From IMG/VR virus record IMGVR_UViG_3300030110_004015: 64,000 bases of DNA, one strand, 5' to 3'. The translations under genes and the position numbers were made by a program. Below are positions 41,301-51,000 of this stretch, in pieces. The notes under the pieces are model-generated. The model ran no database searches. It had not been told where the DNA came from and saw only the letters and a list, made by a program, of their open reading frames with translations. The stretch is from an uncultured virus (IMG/VR IMGVR_UViG_3300030110_004015). Taxonomy: Duplodnaviria; Heunggongvirae; Uroviricota; Caudoviricetes; Crassvirales. The stretch's first letter is position 1. Each line of letters starts with the position of its first letter.

Positions 41301-43122
41301 ATCTGGTTGTACAGACTTTAACTCAAACAACTATAATCCTAATGCTAATGTTGATGATGGTAGTTGTTATTCTTGCAACTGTAATCCAGCTGTAGATTGT
41401 TGTACAGACTCAAGCGCGTTTAATTATAATCCTAGTGCAACTTGTGATTGTAATGGAGATCCATTAGGAACAAACAATCCAGGTTGGGACGATTGCTGTC
41501 AAGACGAAATAAGAGGTTGTATGAATCCTGGCGCTGTTAATTATCTTAATACAGATGGTGATGGTGGTAGAGCTTGTGATGGTAGTGATTTACCAGCTGG
41601 TGAATATCCAAACATGCCTTGTCTTACAGATAGTGATGGTAGTGGTGGTACTTATGGTAATACAAATCCCGCTAACTACGGTTGTGAAATGCCAGATGTA
41701 ACTCCTGACACATATATAAGAGTAATACAAGATATTAGCGCTAGTATGGATATTGTAATTAATCCGTTAAAATCCGCTGTTGTTGGTACATATGGTTCGC
41801 CAGAATGTTTACGTACAGATTTACAAGATATATATGCTAATCATCCTAACTGGAGACAAAGCAACTGTACATCTCCAAACACATTAGGTGTTTCTGGGTG
41901 TAGCGATAGTAGTGCTTGTATAAAAGCTTGTGATCCAAAATATAATGGTAAAGATGCTTACGAAGCTCACGTTAGTTGGGTTGCTGGTTGGGAACATAAT
42001 GTTGCTTGGGCTGGTAATATATCACCAATACATAATCATGGGGCTGGAGGTAAAAATGCTCTTATTGGTGGTTTTTGGGGTCCAGACTCTACCCTTGACG
42101 GTGGTAATCCTGTTTCTTTTCAAAATATGTATAGTGTTAATGGTGTTTCAACAGCTCAACCTACAATAACTGATTTTTTTGCAGGTAATAATAAGTTTAG
42201 CGCTTCTAATAATAACGGTACCGATGTATTAACAACGCAACAGTCTATGTCAACCGGTTTGTTAAGCTTTCCTGCTCCTATAGAAAAAGTGTATATGATT
42301 CTTCTTACAGATGAAAACGCATATCATTATCACGGGCACCAAACTAAAGGTGACCATATAGAAGCTGTTAAGTTAGGCTGTATAACAGGTGTTGGGCAAT
42401 ACGGTACAACTGTTATTAACGGTATAACAGCTACAGGTACTGGCTTAACATCACCTGCTGATACAAGCACTATAAATTATGGTTTAAACAATCCAGACCC
42501 AAATGCACAACCATATAGCACTCCTGTGTTTAATACTATTAATTATAATAATGTTAATGGTTCTACAAGTTTTGATTTTCCTACGGGTTGTGGTGATTTA
42601 AGACATTTAGGTTTTCCTTCCTGGACTGGCTCACCTGTTACTGCAAACGCAAACCAAACTCAATTTAGCGCCTATCCAGAATGTGTCGGGTGTACACCAG
42701 TGCATGAGGGTGCTCTTGTTCAAGATATAGGATCGTTAAGACAACAACTAACCGCTTTAGCTGCTGATGGAACAGTACATTATGGAGCAGCGTTTATGAC
42801 CGTTGCCACTAATAATTCTTCAGATTACAAAATATCTTTGTATGAAAGTATTAGGACTGTATTTCAATGTCTTATTGAGGGTGATAATCCTAACAGTCAG
42901 GTTATTCAAGGATGTCACGCTTGGGGTGATTTTACCGGATCTGCGTTTGAGCACGCCGGATTTGAAAGTATTAGAAATGTAGCTGATTTTCAAAACGCAA
43001 GTTATAACGGTGGGACGGGTTCTATAAAATTCACTGTGCCAGATACAATAACACTAAAAACTCAAGCAAGTTTTTATAACGCTATAAAAGCAGCTATGGT
43101 AGATTTAGGAATTACAATATAA
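32398..43122 (+). CDS. Giant tail stabilization/nozzle-like protein with Cys-rich repeats and C-terminal vWA-like domain
   Basis: N-terminal F..GKMDKD.DER...GQYR.A.N; LFWTD..SEPKKIN; GVESNRIRDD; GEYGI..NPESFA; GCTD..A.NY repeats; DISAS...LLTD. Confidence 0.75.
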   Translation: MPELKHTFTGGKMDKDNDERIVANGQYREALNIQVATSEGSDVGAAQNILGNLQQTVAVSGPDNKYLPYNQHVASIVDPLTDNVYRFIHTPSEPLGIWMDRIVEFNTQGMGDSSGGRVFNPYYNEKSVVVDIYKVRTILTGVHTTLCDHEVFLDFTTNVFQMRWGMQLTNIIGHFSWMNNWGVYIQSIEILDDGTGSTPASIRCKMNVSESDFEFDPVSGNRIPLSVSLSSLVGAQCIFEADRNLNFALSDTSMAASNLDRWSGITGINIIDGMLFWTDNYSEPKKINIERAKKGSTWQSWDTWRDRRGLISNMGFDYGDFDQHTRLVVKDENPTDCIITNNTCIDDGSNGGPQPRPGCTDPTANNFDPLATVDDGSCITKASGDVCGCTISTFKLGLMHQTSNPPVSAHFVHGGATTQIDLPVTGYNPVANIEDGTCECHFDIGDGHAGTLDCYTVNPVYTAFQTSYASAVATMDTENPSFATQYWLADTSISLPVAITSPCEDGPGSPLPWKDEFQLSSPFKYNGDEDDPPPTAQNVVPGGGPTGPSTGPSTGPATGGPSTGPATNTGTGTGPSTPPAPLGNSPQKGISTGVDVGIATGDVVSGVTLNEYEEATKIPVRGGGYENQTNFVYDCRPVYLEEKHITVIRRGPTAPPSVEMYSTTQPDYNNDDYIDIEGVMRGITSTLTGNEPNEFDVDPGTGAITPNPEYDARYPNGYNLTGVSKALYTDGSPGRLGKNISIFYDDDGLLLEAGAEVVLNVDASDTAEDWTLNDKLIISGQYYNSFGVKKGCGVTGIITDMAANSTTSLLGVKIRITSISPSTPMSVGPNDIYTITLSQKEPMFEYKFPRFCYRYKYEDGEYSVFGPWSEVAFVPSEFDYLPKKGYNLGMTNRVRSLEVSNFVPKNIPKDVVQVDLLYKESNSPNVYTVESFKKEDPLPDDTSLYNYWNAPGTGQNKGRYRVTSELIHAVVPSNQLLRPWDNVPRVAQGQEITANRLIYANYLQNYDTKDASDAPIKPIFSINVDSVDAGLLDSDLVGRPAKSLKTMRTYQLGVVYRDRYGRETPVMTSESGSVQIPKSEAFKSNRINVSLNNTANGESNYPEWAESYTFYIKETSNEYYNVSMDRWYNADDGNVWLSFPSSERNKINDDTVLILKKQHDNNIPVIDETRYKVVSIKSDAPNFIKTENQYWGSLAMMLPPPGWGSGGKPGGWQSGMFSPSGLPLPNHQYLDIYAEYWDQSVFSELEKKPTCQVRLVQAPGQASNYNPQTNTGSVSPTSNFSKWYDVANISHIGQPPEIIEEETHTYDANGNIISSVTEQVEQPATEVQLVRLTLEKVMGPEVGFAKAADLLDLSRGLVLEARTQIIKDKSQFEGRFFVKVERDAVIENSIIAPQTKASDNWQVLQSREISYLCAAHPGRQDWNHNVYIPIAGEGTYPISFDDGLGHQGNTSIQGANFLSSPVPSGANANTEPRLISSYHKYAGLDAVAYASNGVLIDPPNPGFDDNIWGKNLVGTTYTSTGGTVYTWPLGPGEQELEVFMDGATQSWSPPIAAGGWLTSAMASAMGLKGKTTTISGQPKSTSSSWPSWSNGPVLKNSDTFYTDGAWLPGYGTHSVTGVAFGYNNYKSSLGAVDGISLIEPLDGWDGLNHFWKPAIWDRGDDAHGGKAYDWDKDTIFSLGAAWYDLAAGRRVHWSWPLAVSWKRWFIDKAGAARGYSGAGIWDEGNISKMDLSFYGIGSSIKPGARTFDLATYQPEELVFADAISTVGTSFRFKQDPDQTVYTVTDVKTHKVYNYEAPCGTWGYIDGLPKPMEDVNNTPTDPDDDVAYSENGGYGPNNGSTMPDMANRGSGCAKALWPPWGPAKKHPDGIAGKEAFMSDFLLGVQDMAYGTNHLYSGGGLYNRRIRLTITLDKKIGSGPNGFHPITNHVDEVGKANILASLNEKAAASYSEGITSGGYNSVVKANGALPMGGPSGAPVHKAFYNLNSYWNASDGAGGGLDTQPDVVDRTDSGNFYHASNNPLAYIGLHERGLNHTTLEIIAPYSGDEGDRPMSNNPAVWETEPKEDVGLDIYQAASPTYPINLQRHRKGVDSNINYDFGGRGEEYIPIGATCKVFNYVGGGYTGLESFVDGVSGNTIYLNSHLWEDSPGGTPQHVPVVDSNNDPTRLMFTWKGEGNYYGSRQDDMFVEARISRTFSNNILAIELMSDVHNERKSLSYFNCYSYGNGVESNRIRDDYNAVTIDKGVKASMPLAEQYEEERKASSLIFSGIYNSTSGINRTNQFIQAEPITKDLNPINGSIQKLFTRDTDLVTFCENKVFKILAKKDALFNADGNTNVTSNQAVLGQAIPFSGEYGIARNPESFASESYRIYFADKIRGAVLRLSRDGLTNISDYGMKDWFKDRLKFADRIVGSFDDRKDEYNLTIETYNSPEPEFVTLQQSFSYGNDKTLAGMSAYTVSYTESRKGWVSFKSFIQEDGFSYKNDYYTFPSNIFNRTKYTGLKSRLGFRYGNEHGNAEVWKHHQDIKMRGLIKANVSNNTTLLLQMKDSTSTASDYQVVNGMIISGNGIPLETYVTAVNYGSPMTATVTISNPVHVFADEEVILTSARNTFYNIPSFSSLTVMFNGDQGSVKRFKTLNYEGTQAEITYKENNVQYLYDTNIAIGPNQGVGAGEIYYDNYAKDGWKVESLKTDMQEALLSEFLDKENKWFNYIRGHADAKEGDLIDTGEFSAQGLGRYESIIPTQDVQGCLDPTAVNYAGVGNTNGIDPPANLPCYNCCLYNEGCLDPAASNFDPTADTSCESCCTYKEGCTDPLSFNYDPTAVVDDGSCIYCVYGCTDENADNYDPNATCGDGSCTYTYGCTDNTTIDGAGIGLDGALNYDPLATMDDGSCIYCSYGCTDALASNYDPNATCDDNSCDFCVYGCTGNGTNPNNPQTQTNPGGNNYYDVFGDGSKADNYDELATCDDGTCLLSGCTDFNSNNYNPNANVDDGSCYSCNCNPAVDCCTDSSAFNYNPSATCDCNGDPLGTNNPGWDDCCQDEIRGCMNPGAVNYLNTDGDGGRACDGSDLPAGEYPNMPCLTDSDGSGGTYGNTNPANYGCEMPDVTPDTYIRVIQDISASMDIVINPLKSAVVGTYGSPECLRTDLQDIYANHPNWRQSNCTSPNTLGVSGCSDSSACIKACDPKYNGKDAYEAHVSWVAGWEHNVAWAGNISPIHNHGAGGKNALIGGFWGPDSTLDGGNPVSFQNMYSVNGVSTAQPTITDFFAGNNKFSASNNNGTDVLTTQQSMSTGLLSFPAPIEKVYMILLTDENAYHYHGHQTKGDHIEAVKLGCITGVGQYGTTVINGITATGTGLTSPADTSTINYGLNNPDPNAQPYSTPVFNTINYNNVNGSTSFDFPTGCGDLRHLGFPSWTGSPVTANANQTQFSAYPECVGCTPVHEGALVQDIGSLRQQLTALAADGTVHYGAAFMTVATNNSSDYKISLYESIRTVFQCLIEGDNPNSQVIQGCHAWGDFTGSAFEHAGFESIRNVADFQNASYNGGTGSIKFTVPDTITLKTQASFYNAIKAAMVDLGITI
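34027..34098 (+). repeat. Degenerate 12-bp coding tandem repeat (GPST/GPAT linker)
   Basis: ggtccttctacc/ggtcctgctact units. Confidence 0.7.
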
Positions 43123-43127
43123 TAATT

Positions 43128-45011
43128 ATGAAAATAGTATTTAGATCAAGTAACGTAAACAAAGCATATACGATAAATTATCAAGTTCAAGATATATCTG
43201 TGGGCGCAACTATTAATAGTGGTGTTCGTAATGACAACGTTATGATTGTTACTCCTAGAGTAGGATATGTAATAGATGCTAAAGATTTTTTACATGGACT
43301 TTTACCTGAGGGTATAGCCGCTGTTACGTTTAGTAATTCTAGTAATATAATAGATTATTCTAATCAGGTTAGAGTAAATGTTATTTTAGATAATAATTTT
43401 TCTGCTATTGGAAACGAAAATATTGTATTTGATATACCAATAAGTGGTGTTGGTAAATTTCCTGCAAATAAAGTGGAGTTAAATGTTTCTACTCCTGAAG
43501 ATACAACTGTAATCAAATCTACTATTTTAGGATTAAAAGTTAAAACATCTAATATATCTGTAAAAAATGGTTTAAAAAATACAACGTATTCTCTTGAAGG
43601 AAAAAAAGGTATAAAAACGCTTTTATTTCAAAAAGAATTTAAAGCTTTTGAGGGTTTTTATTTGTCTCAACCACCAACATACAAGTTGACCGCTCAACAA
43701 AGAAAAAGATATAATATAAGAATATACAACGAGTATAACAAAGAAAAAAGACTTATATCAAGAAAAATATCGGTTTATTATACTTTTCCAATGGAAGACT
43801 ATAACTCAAAAGATTATATTAATTTTACAACAGTAACAGCTAAACAAATTGTTGGTAAAAAAGATATTAACTATACTAAATCATTACAACCTACAATATA
43901 CTCTGTAGAAACCATAGGTGAAGCTGGGCCAAACGGTGGTATAATACCAATTGAAGTAAGAGGTACACCTGGCACGCCATTTAGAGTAGCTATACAAAAC
44001 AGCGCTAAACAAGTATATGATCAATCAACAGGTGCTTTTGTTACGGGTGGTCAATTTTTAACTGGTAAAATACCTTCTGGAGGTAATAATCCAGTTGGGA
44101 TATATAGAACTAGAATAGTCATGCCTTCTATATTTGAAAATAATTCAAATGCTAGTGCTAATAATTACGTTGCTAATACAGCAAAGGGTAATGAACTTGA
44201 GCTTAGATTAATAAAAGAAAAAGATATTAAAACAGATATATTAGGTTATAAAGATCAAAGAAAAGAATATACAGATCAAAGATTAGAAAAAGCTGATGTA
44301 AAACAATATGGATCAAGTGCCATACATATATTCCCTGATTATAATTACTCTGAAAACGGTACAGATGGCGCTAGTCCTGTCTCTTCATTTAGCGCTTCTG
44401 GTTCATATTTTAGAAAGCAAAGAATATCAAATTATGAATTAATAGAGAGAACAGAAATTGCCGGCGGGACAAGTCAAGATGAATCAACTATAGTAATTAG
44501 TGGTAACTCTTTAAAACCCCACGAGTTTCAATATAATTTTGAATATATATTAACACCTACCGGTGGAACATATGGAACTAATGGATATATAAGAGTAATT
44601 AGACAACCTAAGTTTAGACTTTATAATGGAGATGTTAATACAGATACGGCTTTTAGACCTTGGAATTGTAGTTCATCTGCATCAGCAGCTAAAACATGTA
44701 CTGATGCTAATACAAAGTTACTTAGCTTTTCAAGCGGTAAAGAATTAACTATATTTAATGATATAAAAGCTTACAGTAGCACTGATACTGAAGAAAATAA
44801 TCTTGGAGCTGCTTACAGAGTAAATTGTAAAGTAATAGGTAAAGGCAAACCTATAACAAGCACTGGTGATGCTAGTGGAGATGGTACTAGTTATGATTAT
44901 TACAGAAGTGTTATTTTAACGGGAAGCATAAGTGGTATAACATTTCCAACAGAACAATTAAACATAGCAATTAAATTGCAAAACTTTTTATCACTAAAAA
45001 ATATAACATAA
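43128..45011 (+). CDS. Putative tail-associated structural protein
   Basis: 627-aa beta-rich ORF in the tail module. Confidence 0.55.
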   Translation: MKIVFRSSNVNKAYTINYQVQDISVGATINSGVRNDNVMIVTPRVGYVIDAKDFLHGLLPEGIAAVTFSNSSNIIDYSNQVRVNVILDNNFSAIGNENIVFDIPISGVGKFPANKVELNVSTPEDTTVIKSTILGLKVKTSNISVKNGLKNTTYSLEGKKGIKTLLFQKEFKAFEGFYLSQPPTYKLTAQQRKRYNIRIYNEYNKEKRLISRKISVYYTFPMEDYNSKDYINFTTVTAKQIVGKKDINYTKSLQPTIYSVETIGEAGPNGGIIPIEVRGTPGTPFRVAIQNSAKQVYDQSTGAFVTGGQFLTGKIPSGGNNPVGIYRTRIVMPSIFENNSNASANNYVANTAKGNELELRLIKEKDIKTDILGYKDQRKEYTDQRLEKADVKQYGSSAIHIFPDYNYSENGTDGASPVSSFSASGSYFRKQRISNYELIERTEIAGGTSQDESTIVISGNSLKPHEFQYNFEYILTPTGGTYGTNGYIRVIRQPKFRLYNGDVNTDTAFRPWNCSSSASAAKTCTDANTKLLSFSSGKELTIFNDIKAYSSTDTEENNLGAAYRVNCKVIGKGKPITSTGDASGDGTSYDYYRSVILTGSISGITFPTEQLNIAIKLQNFLSLKNIT

Positions 45012-45397
45012 TGGCATATAAATTATTTTTTCCACATACTTTAAATGTATCTGTACAACCAGGTGATATGATCATGTATTGCACCACTACACCTAAACAG
45101 ATAAATGGTAAAAACTTTCATCAATCCGGTAAAAACTTTATGTCAATAGATATGACTAGACCTATAAAATTTGGTTACGCAATAGAGGTTAACCACGCTG
45201 CTAAATGGGTGTTAGTTAACAATATAACGCCAGGTGTTTTTCCAGCGGCTGATGATTATATATTTTTTAGTAAAGACAGAAGAGCTAATATATCAGGGGT
45301 TGTTGGGTATTTTGCTGAAACAAAATATGTTAATGATTCAAAAAACAAAACAGAAATGTTTGCTACAGCTATAGATTACGCCGAAAGCAGTTCATAG
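45011..45397 (+). CDS. Putative tail-associated small protein
   Basis: N.S.Q.GD...FFSKD...N.SG..GYFA...NDS....E.FA pattern. Confidence 0.6.
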   Translation: MAYKLFFPHTLNVSVQPGDMIMYCTTTPKQINGKNFHQSGKNFMSIDMTRPIKFGYAIEVNHAAKWVLVNNITPGVFPAADDYIFFSKDRRANISGVVGYFAETKYVNDSKNKTEMFATAIDYAESSS

Positions 45398-45421
45398 TAA
45401 AAAAGCGTGAAAAACTGTAAT
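45398..45421 (+). promoter_or_regulatory. Class II promoter-like motif
   Basis: TAAAAA-N12-TGTAAT before the ejection/cargo genes. Confidence 0.55.
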
Positions 45422-45449
45422 AATATGAATAATAAAGATATACAATAAA

Positions 45450-47999
45450 ATGGTAGATATAAACGGTAATAAATTATTAAAACCTTCCCCACTGAAAATA
45501 GTAGGCTCTATTATAGGAGCTGGTGTAGGTATTTTTGGCGCTATAAAAGGTGCTAAAGATAAAAAGGCTGCAAGAAAAAAGATGGACGCGGCTCAAAAAG
45601 CTTTAGATAAAAACAAAAAAGATTACGCGGCTATCGATGTGTCTAATCCGTTTAAGGATACAAAGAACCATATGAAAGATATGAAAAACGTTTATGAGGG
45701 TGCTAAAAACGTTTATGCTGGTAAAATGGAAAATAAGTTTGAGGGCCAGAAGAATGCTTTTGAAGGAATGAAAAATAAATTTGAAGGCATGGAAAATGCT
45801 TTTGAAGATCTTACTGTTAACACACAACAAGCAGAGTTTGAAGCTCAACAAAACGCACAAAACCAAGCAAATATATTATCTAGTATGGCTGGAGCTGCAG
45901 GTGGTTCTGGTATAGCGGCATTAGCTCAATCAATGGCTAATCAAGGTGCTTTACAAGCGCAAAAAGCTTCTGCTAGTATTGGTGCTCAAGAAGCCGCTAA
46001 CGCTAAAAAAGCTGCAGAAGCATCTCAAGATATATCTATGAAAACCGCTGAAGAAGCTTCACAGCAACAAACAATGCAAGCTCAAGAACAATCAAGACTT
46101 GACACACAAAAGAATCAAGCTGATATGGATATACAAGCAACGGTTCTTGGTGCTGATGAAAAACTACAAGCCGCTAAACTAGACGAAGCATCTAAACTAC
46201 AAATGGCTGAAAGAGAGGGTGCTGAAAGAGCTGAAATAAGAAAAGGTGAAGGACAAATGTGGGAGGCTGAATCTAAAATGCGTAAAGAAGAAACACTTAT
46301 GTCTCAAAACATGCAAGAAATGAACATGCATCGTGAAGATAAAAACGCCGCTGATAAAGCTATGATGGAAGGTATTGGTGGAGCGGCTAAAGGTATTGGT
46401 GGTATAATAACTGGGTTAAGTGACAAAAGATTAAAAGAAAATATAAGTAAAATAAAATATTCTGATTCTGGTATACCTATTTATACATTTAAATATAAAG
46501 GAGACGATAGAACCTGGATTGGTACTATGGCTCAAGATTTAATTAGACTAGGTAAAGAATACGCTGTAACCAAGGGAGATGATGGTTACTATAGAGTTAA
46601 ATATAATTTAATAGATGTTAACATGGAAGAAATAAAACTACCTTCTCCGTTAAAACAACAAGATCCTGCTCAACAACAATCAGCTGATTTAAACAAAAGC
46701 ATGCAAGATGCTGGTATGGATATATTAGCTGCTGGTGCTGAAGAAAAAGCTTGGGAACAAAGACAGTTAGATATAAGAGCTATTGAGCCTTCTACAATGC
46801 AAGTAAGAAAAAGGCAAGATCAAGAGTTGCGTGAGGAGCAAAAGAAACTTGTAGATTCTGGTGGTGGTAACGAATTAGCACCACAATATATGGATGTTTT
46901 TTATTTAAGAATACAAAACCTTCAAGACGAAATGTATGATGCTTTAAAAAATGATGATAAAAAAGCTGAAAAAGATGTTATGCAAAAATTAGCAATGTTA
47001 GATCAATTACAGCAAATTATAAAAGAAGCTAAACAAGAGTTTTATGCAGATCATTTTGAAGGAGAAAGCCAATTATCAAAATCTGTTTCACAACAGCAAG
47101 TAAGTTTTGCCACGCAAATGTATTGTGAAAACCCTGAATTACGAATAGTATTTGCAGCACAAGGAGATGTTGACTCTGGTAGAAAAGATTATTATGGAGA
47201 TGTCGTTACCTTAGATACTATTTATGCTATAGTTCGTGATTTTGATTTTAATCCTACATTAATACCTATAACGAAAGGTAATAAAGATATGTATATTGTT
47301 GATAAGATGAAAGCTTTAGAATATCAAAACTTTAAAAAAGAACAATATGATTTAGCTACCAAGTCTAGAGAAAGTGGTAGTGAGGCTAAAATAAATTCAG
47401 GCGCAATAAATTATAAAATAGACATGCTATTTGGTCAAAACGACGGGACGGCATCTAAAGAACAAGATCAATTAGTATTAATGTTTGCTTGGGACGACGC
47501 TATACTTCAAGATGGTACTACGTTTAGAAGAGATTTGTATCAGCATCCAGATTTAACTACATTAAACTATGGTAGTTTAGACATGAAAATGCTAGATGCT
47601 AATGGTCAATTATTACCGCTTGGTGTAGAAGATATAAGTCATTGGGGTGATATGATATCTGAAGAAGATAAACTAAAAGTAGTTGACGCTATATTAAATC
47701 AAGATTCACCTTTTTTTGATATAACAATGCTAAGAACATTAATTAAAGAATATTATACATATAAAATAGAAAACGCTTGGTGGAAAGGTATGGGCTTTGA
47801 TGAAGGTAAATTACAAATGATGAGAATGAAAGCTGAAGAACTGGCTAAATCTAGATTTGAAATGGCTAAAGCAGAAGCTGCTGCTAAAGGAGAAAAGAAC
47901 TTCTTGTTTGACGGGGCGTTATATCCTTCAGGTGCTAAAGAAAAATCTATGGAAGAAAAATCAAAAGAAAACGATCAAGATACTAGTTTTGCAGTTTAA
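45450..47999 (+). CDS. Putative ejection/pilot protein with internal peptidase S74 domain
   Basis: Gly-rich hydrophobic N-terminus, Q/A-rich coiled coil, SDKRLKENI...GTMAQDL...DGYYRV, two SPLK motifs. Confidence 0.65.
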   Translation: MVDINGNKLLKPSPLKIVGSIIGAGVGIFGAIKGAKDKKAARKKMDAAQKALDKNKKDYAAIDVSNPFKDTKNHMKDMKNVYEGAKNVYAGKMENKFEGQKNAFEGMKNKFEGMENAFEDLTVNTQQAEFEAQQNAQNQANILSSMAGAAGGSGIAALAQSMANQGALQAQKASASIGAQEAANAKKAAEASQDISMKTAEEASQQQTMQAQEQSRLDTQKNQADMDIQATVLGADEKLQAAKLDEASKLQMAEREGAERAEIRKGEGQMWEAESKMRKEETLMSQNMQEMNMHREDKNAADKAMMEGIGGAAKGIGGIITGLSDKRLKENISKIKYSDSGIPIYTFKYKGDDRTWIGTMAQDLIRLGKEYAVTKGDDGYYRVKYNLIDVNMEEIKLPSPLKQQDPAQQQSADLNKSMQDAGMDILAAGAEEKAWEQRQLDIRAIEPSTMQVRKRQDQELREEQKKLVDSGGGNELAPQYMDVFYLRIQNLQDEMYDALKNDDKKAEKDVMQKLAMLDQLQQIIKEAKQEFYADHFEGESQLSKSVSQQQVSFATQMYCENPELRIVFAAQGDVDSGRKDYYGDVVTLDTIYAIVRDFDFNPTLIPITKGNKDMYIVDKMKALEYQNFKKEQYDLATKSRESGSEAKINSGAINYKIDMLFGQNDGTASKEQDQLVLMFAWDDAILQDGTTFRRDLYQHPDLTTLNYGSLDMKMLDANGQLLPLGVEDISHWGDMISEEDKLKVVDAILNQDSPFFDITMLRTLIKEYYTYKIENAWWKGMGFDEGKLQMMRMKAEELAKSRFEMAKAEAAAKGEKNFLFDGALYPSGAKEKSMEEKSKENDQDTSFAV

Positions 48000-48011
48000 T
48001 AAAATCTAAAT

Positions 48012-51000
48012 ATGTCATTATTAAAAATATATAAAACAGAAGACGGAAAAGAACATAAAGTTGGCCCTACAAGCGAAGCAAGGTTTTTAGAAGAAAATCC
48101 TAGCGCACAGTTTGTTAGGGATGATTATATATTTACTAAAAGTGCTGATGTAAATGAATTCATGGTTAAACCTACGTTTGAGCTTGAAAACCCTTTAACA
48201 AAAATATTAGAAAATAAAAAAGTTAAAGAAAAAACTAGCAATAACCAGTTTGGATATGGTATACACGAAGTACAAAAAGGTACTGATCCAAGTGGAAATC
48301 CCATCATGGAAACAAAACAAGGATGGTTTAAACAAGAAGTAGAAGAGGAAGGTGTTGGTGTATTAAAAGAACCAAAAGTAAATTACACACATGTAGATAG
48401 AGACGATGTACCTAGTGATGTTATAGAAAAACATAACAACGGTGTTTTAGATACATATTTAAGTTCTATAAAAAACAATGAAGATCCTAGAGAAAACGGT
48501 GTAACCACAGAGATGATGATAGATGTTTTTCAACCGTCAAAGGAACAAAAAGTAAAAAATAACACAGAGGCAACAAAAAAAATAGATGAATATTTACAGA
48601 TAAAAAACACACCTAGACCAGAAGCCGATTTAGATACAAAAGAAATAATGTCGAAAAACATTCGCCCTATAGACCCAGGCGATGGAGGGGCTATCGTTGA
48701 TCACAGCTTGCATGAAAAAAATACTAGTTGGCATGCTAATCAAGAAAAAAATGAAAGATCTTACACCGGTAAAAAGATAAAAGAAGCTAGACAAATTTTA
48801 GAAAATAAAAAAAATAAAAATAAAGACTTTACATATACAGAAGATGATGTTCACGTACAGGCAATAGAACTAATGAATAGAGATATTGAAATAGAACACA
48901 TGAATAATGTTATCATAGAAGCTATAGAAAGATCTGATGAAGAAGATGGTACTTGGGGAGATATAGATAAAACAGATTTTCAAAAAGAACTATACGAAGA
49001 TATACAGGAGCATAAAAAAACACTAGCGAAAGTTGATAAAAACGGTGTGCCTGAATATATAATGAAACATAAAAGATCATTAGATACTACTGTAAAACTA
49101 ATTCAAAATAATGATACCTGGTTGTTAGAAAATGGAAATGAATTAAAAGCGTTTAACGAAAAATATGTTCCTAAGTTTAAAGAAATAGATGATCAATTAG
49201 AATCAGAAGAGTATAACGGTATAACAAATGTTTTTCAAACTTTACAAGGTATTAATAAAAAAATAGAAGCATATGTTGAGGATGGTTTAGATGAAAACTC
49301 TGATTCAGAAGATTTAAAAGCTTATAATGCTTTAGTTTCTGAGTATACTCAATTGTATAATCAAAATAAAGATAAATTAGAAAAATATAGGAATTTATAT
49401 GCTAGTAGAGAAAAATTAGTATTTGAATATACACAAGAAAAAGAAAGTAAATCTTTTGGTGAAACAGGGGATAAAACATTTCAACAAGCTGCAGAAGCAT
49501 ACAACACTGTACGAAATAAAAACAATTTATTAAGGCAAGGTTATAACAAACAACTTGTTCATACTAAGCATGATATTGAGAATAATGAAGGCGATATTAA
49601 CGATATACCTATCATAGAGTCTGCACTTAAAAGAAACAATCATAATGTCGCTTTATGGGGTGCTACGCTTCTTGATTGGGGTGTTACGGCTGCGTATTCA
49701 TTAGAACAGTTAGTAACAGATGCACCTATATATCTTAGTGAATTAGCTTTAAAAGAACTAGGTTACGACAAAGAGTTTAGTGAAATGAATGATATTGAAA
49801 AATTATTCGCAACTACTCATAAAATTTGGAAAGGACAAAGCGAGCAAAAAAGAAATGCTTATAATAGTTTTAGAGAAGAGTTACTCTCAAATGTTAAAGA
49901 ACCTCCTCAATGGGGTGATCAAGGTACAGATGAAGGTAATTGGGGAGAGTATATAGCTTATCAATTAGTTAATTTTGCTCCTCAAGCAGCTATGCTAGTA
50001 ACAATGCCGCAATCATCACTATCTATATTATCAAGCATGGCTGCTGGTCAAAAATATATAGAATTAAGTGATAAAAATAAAAGCGGTGCAGAATTAACTT
50101 CTTATCAAATACTAGGTTCTATGATGGCTGCTGCTGGGGCTGAGTATTATTCAGAAAAATACACACAAAAACTTATAAATAAAACGTGGGGAAACAAATC
50201 TAATGTTGTTGAGCGAGTTGGTTTTATAGATGGTTATAAAAGATTTATTAAAAATATGCCAGGAGCAGCGGCTGATAGAGTTGGTGAAGGAGGTAGTGAA
50301 GTATTAGCTACTATATTTGGAGATAATTTACCAGCTATAATGTTTCAAGGTGATAATACCGTTGGTGTTTTTGATAATGTAGATGAATCTTTTTTCAATG
50401 GTCTTGTTATGGCTGAGGCTATGAAAATACCTTCTACATTTAAACATGTTGTGACGCCATTTATGACGCCTAAAAACAAAGATCTTATAACATCAAAGAC
50501 AAAAGAATTAATGGATTTAGAGTTTCAATTACAAACTAATGAAACTATATCTGATGCGGCTAGAGAAGCTATTGAGAAAAAAATAGAAAAAATAACAAGC
50601 GAAGTTGGTGATATATTATACGAAACTATTGATAGAGTTGATGATATGACCAACAAAGAAAAGCGTGCTATAATGGACGCTACTAAAGAGGTTACAAAAG
50701 AAAAAGCTATAGCAGAAGATATAGCGCAAGATCAATCTATACCTATTGAAACTAGAAAAAAATTAATAAAAGAATCTCAAGACAGAATCAATTTATCTCA
50801 CAAAAAGAGAATTGATTTAATGAAAGACGTAAAAATAAGACAAGATTTAGAAGTTACTGAAGCTGCCGCTAAAAAAATAGGTACAAAAACAAATGTTGTA
50901 AACGATAGAGGTGATTTTGTAAGAAGATTTAAAAAGTCATATCCACAAAGTACAGAAACAAATCCTGGTTTACTAGACGCGTATTATGATCCGAATACAA

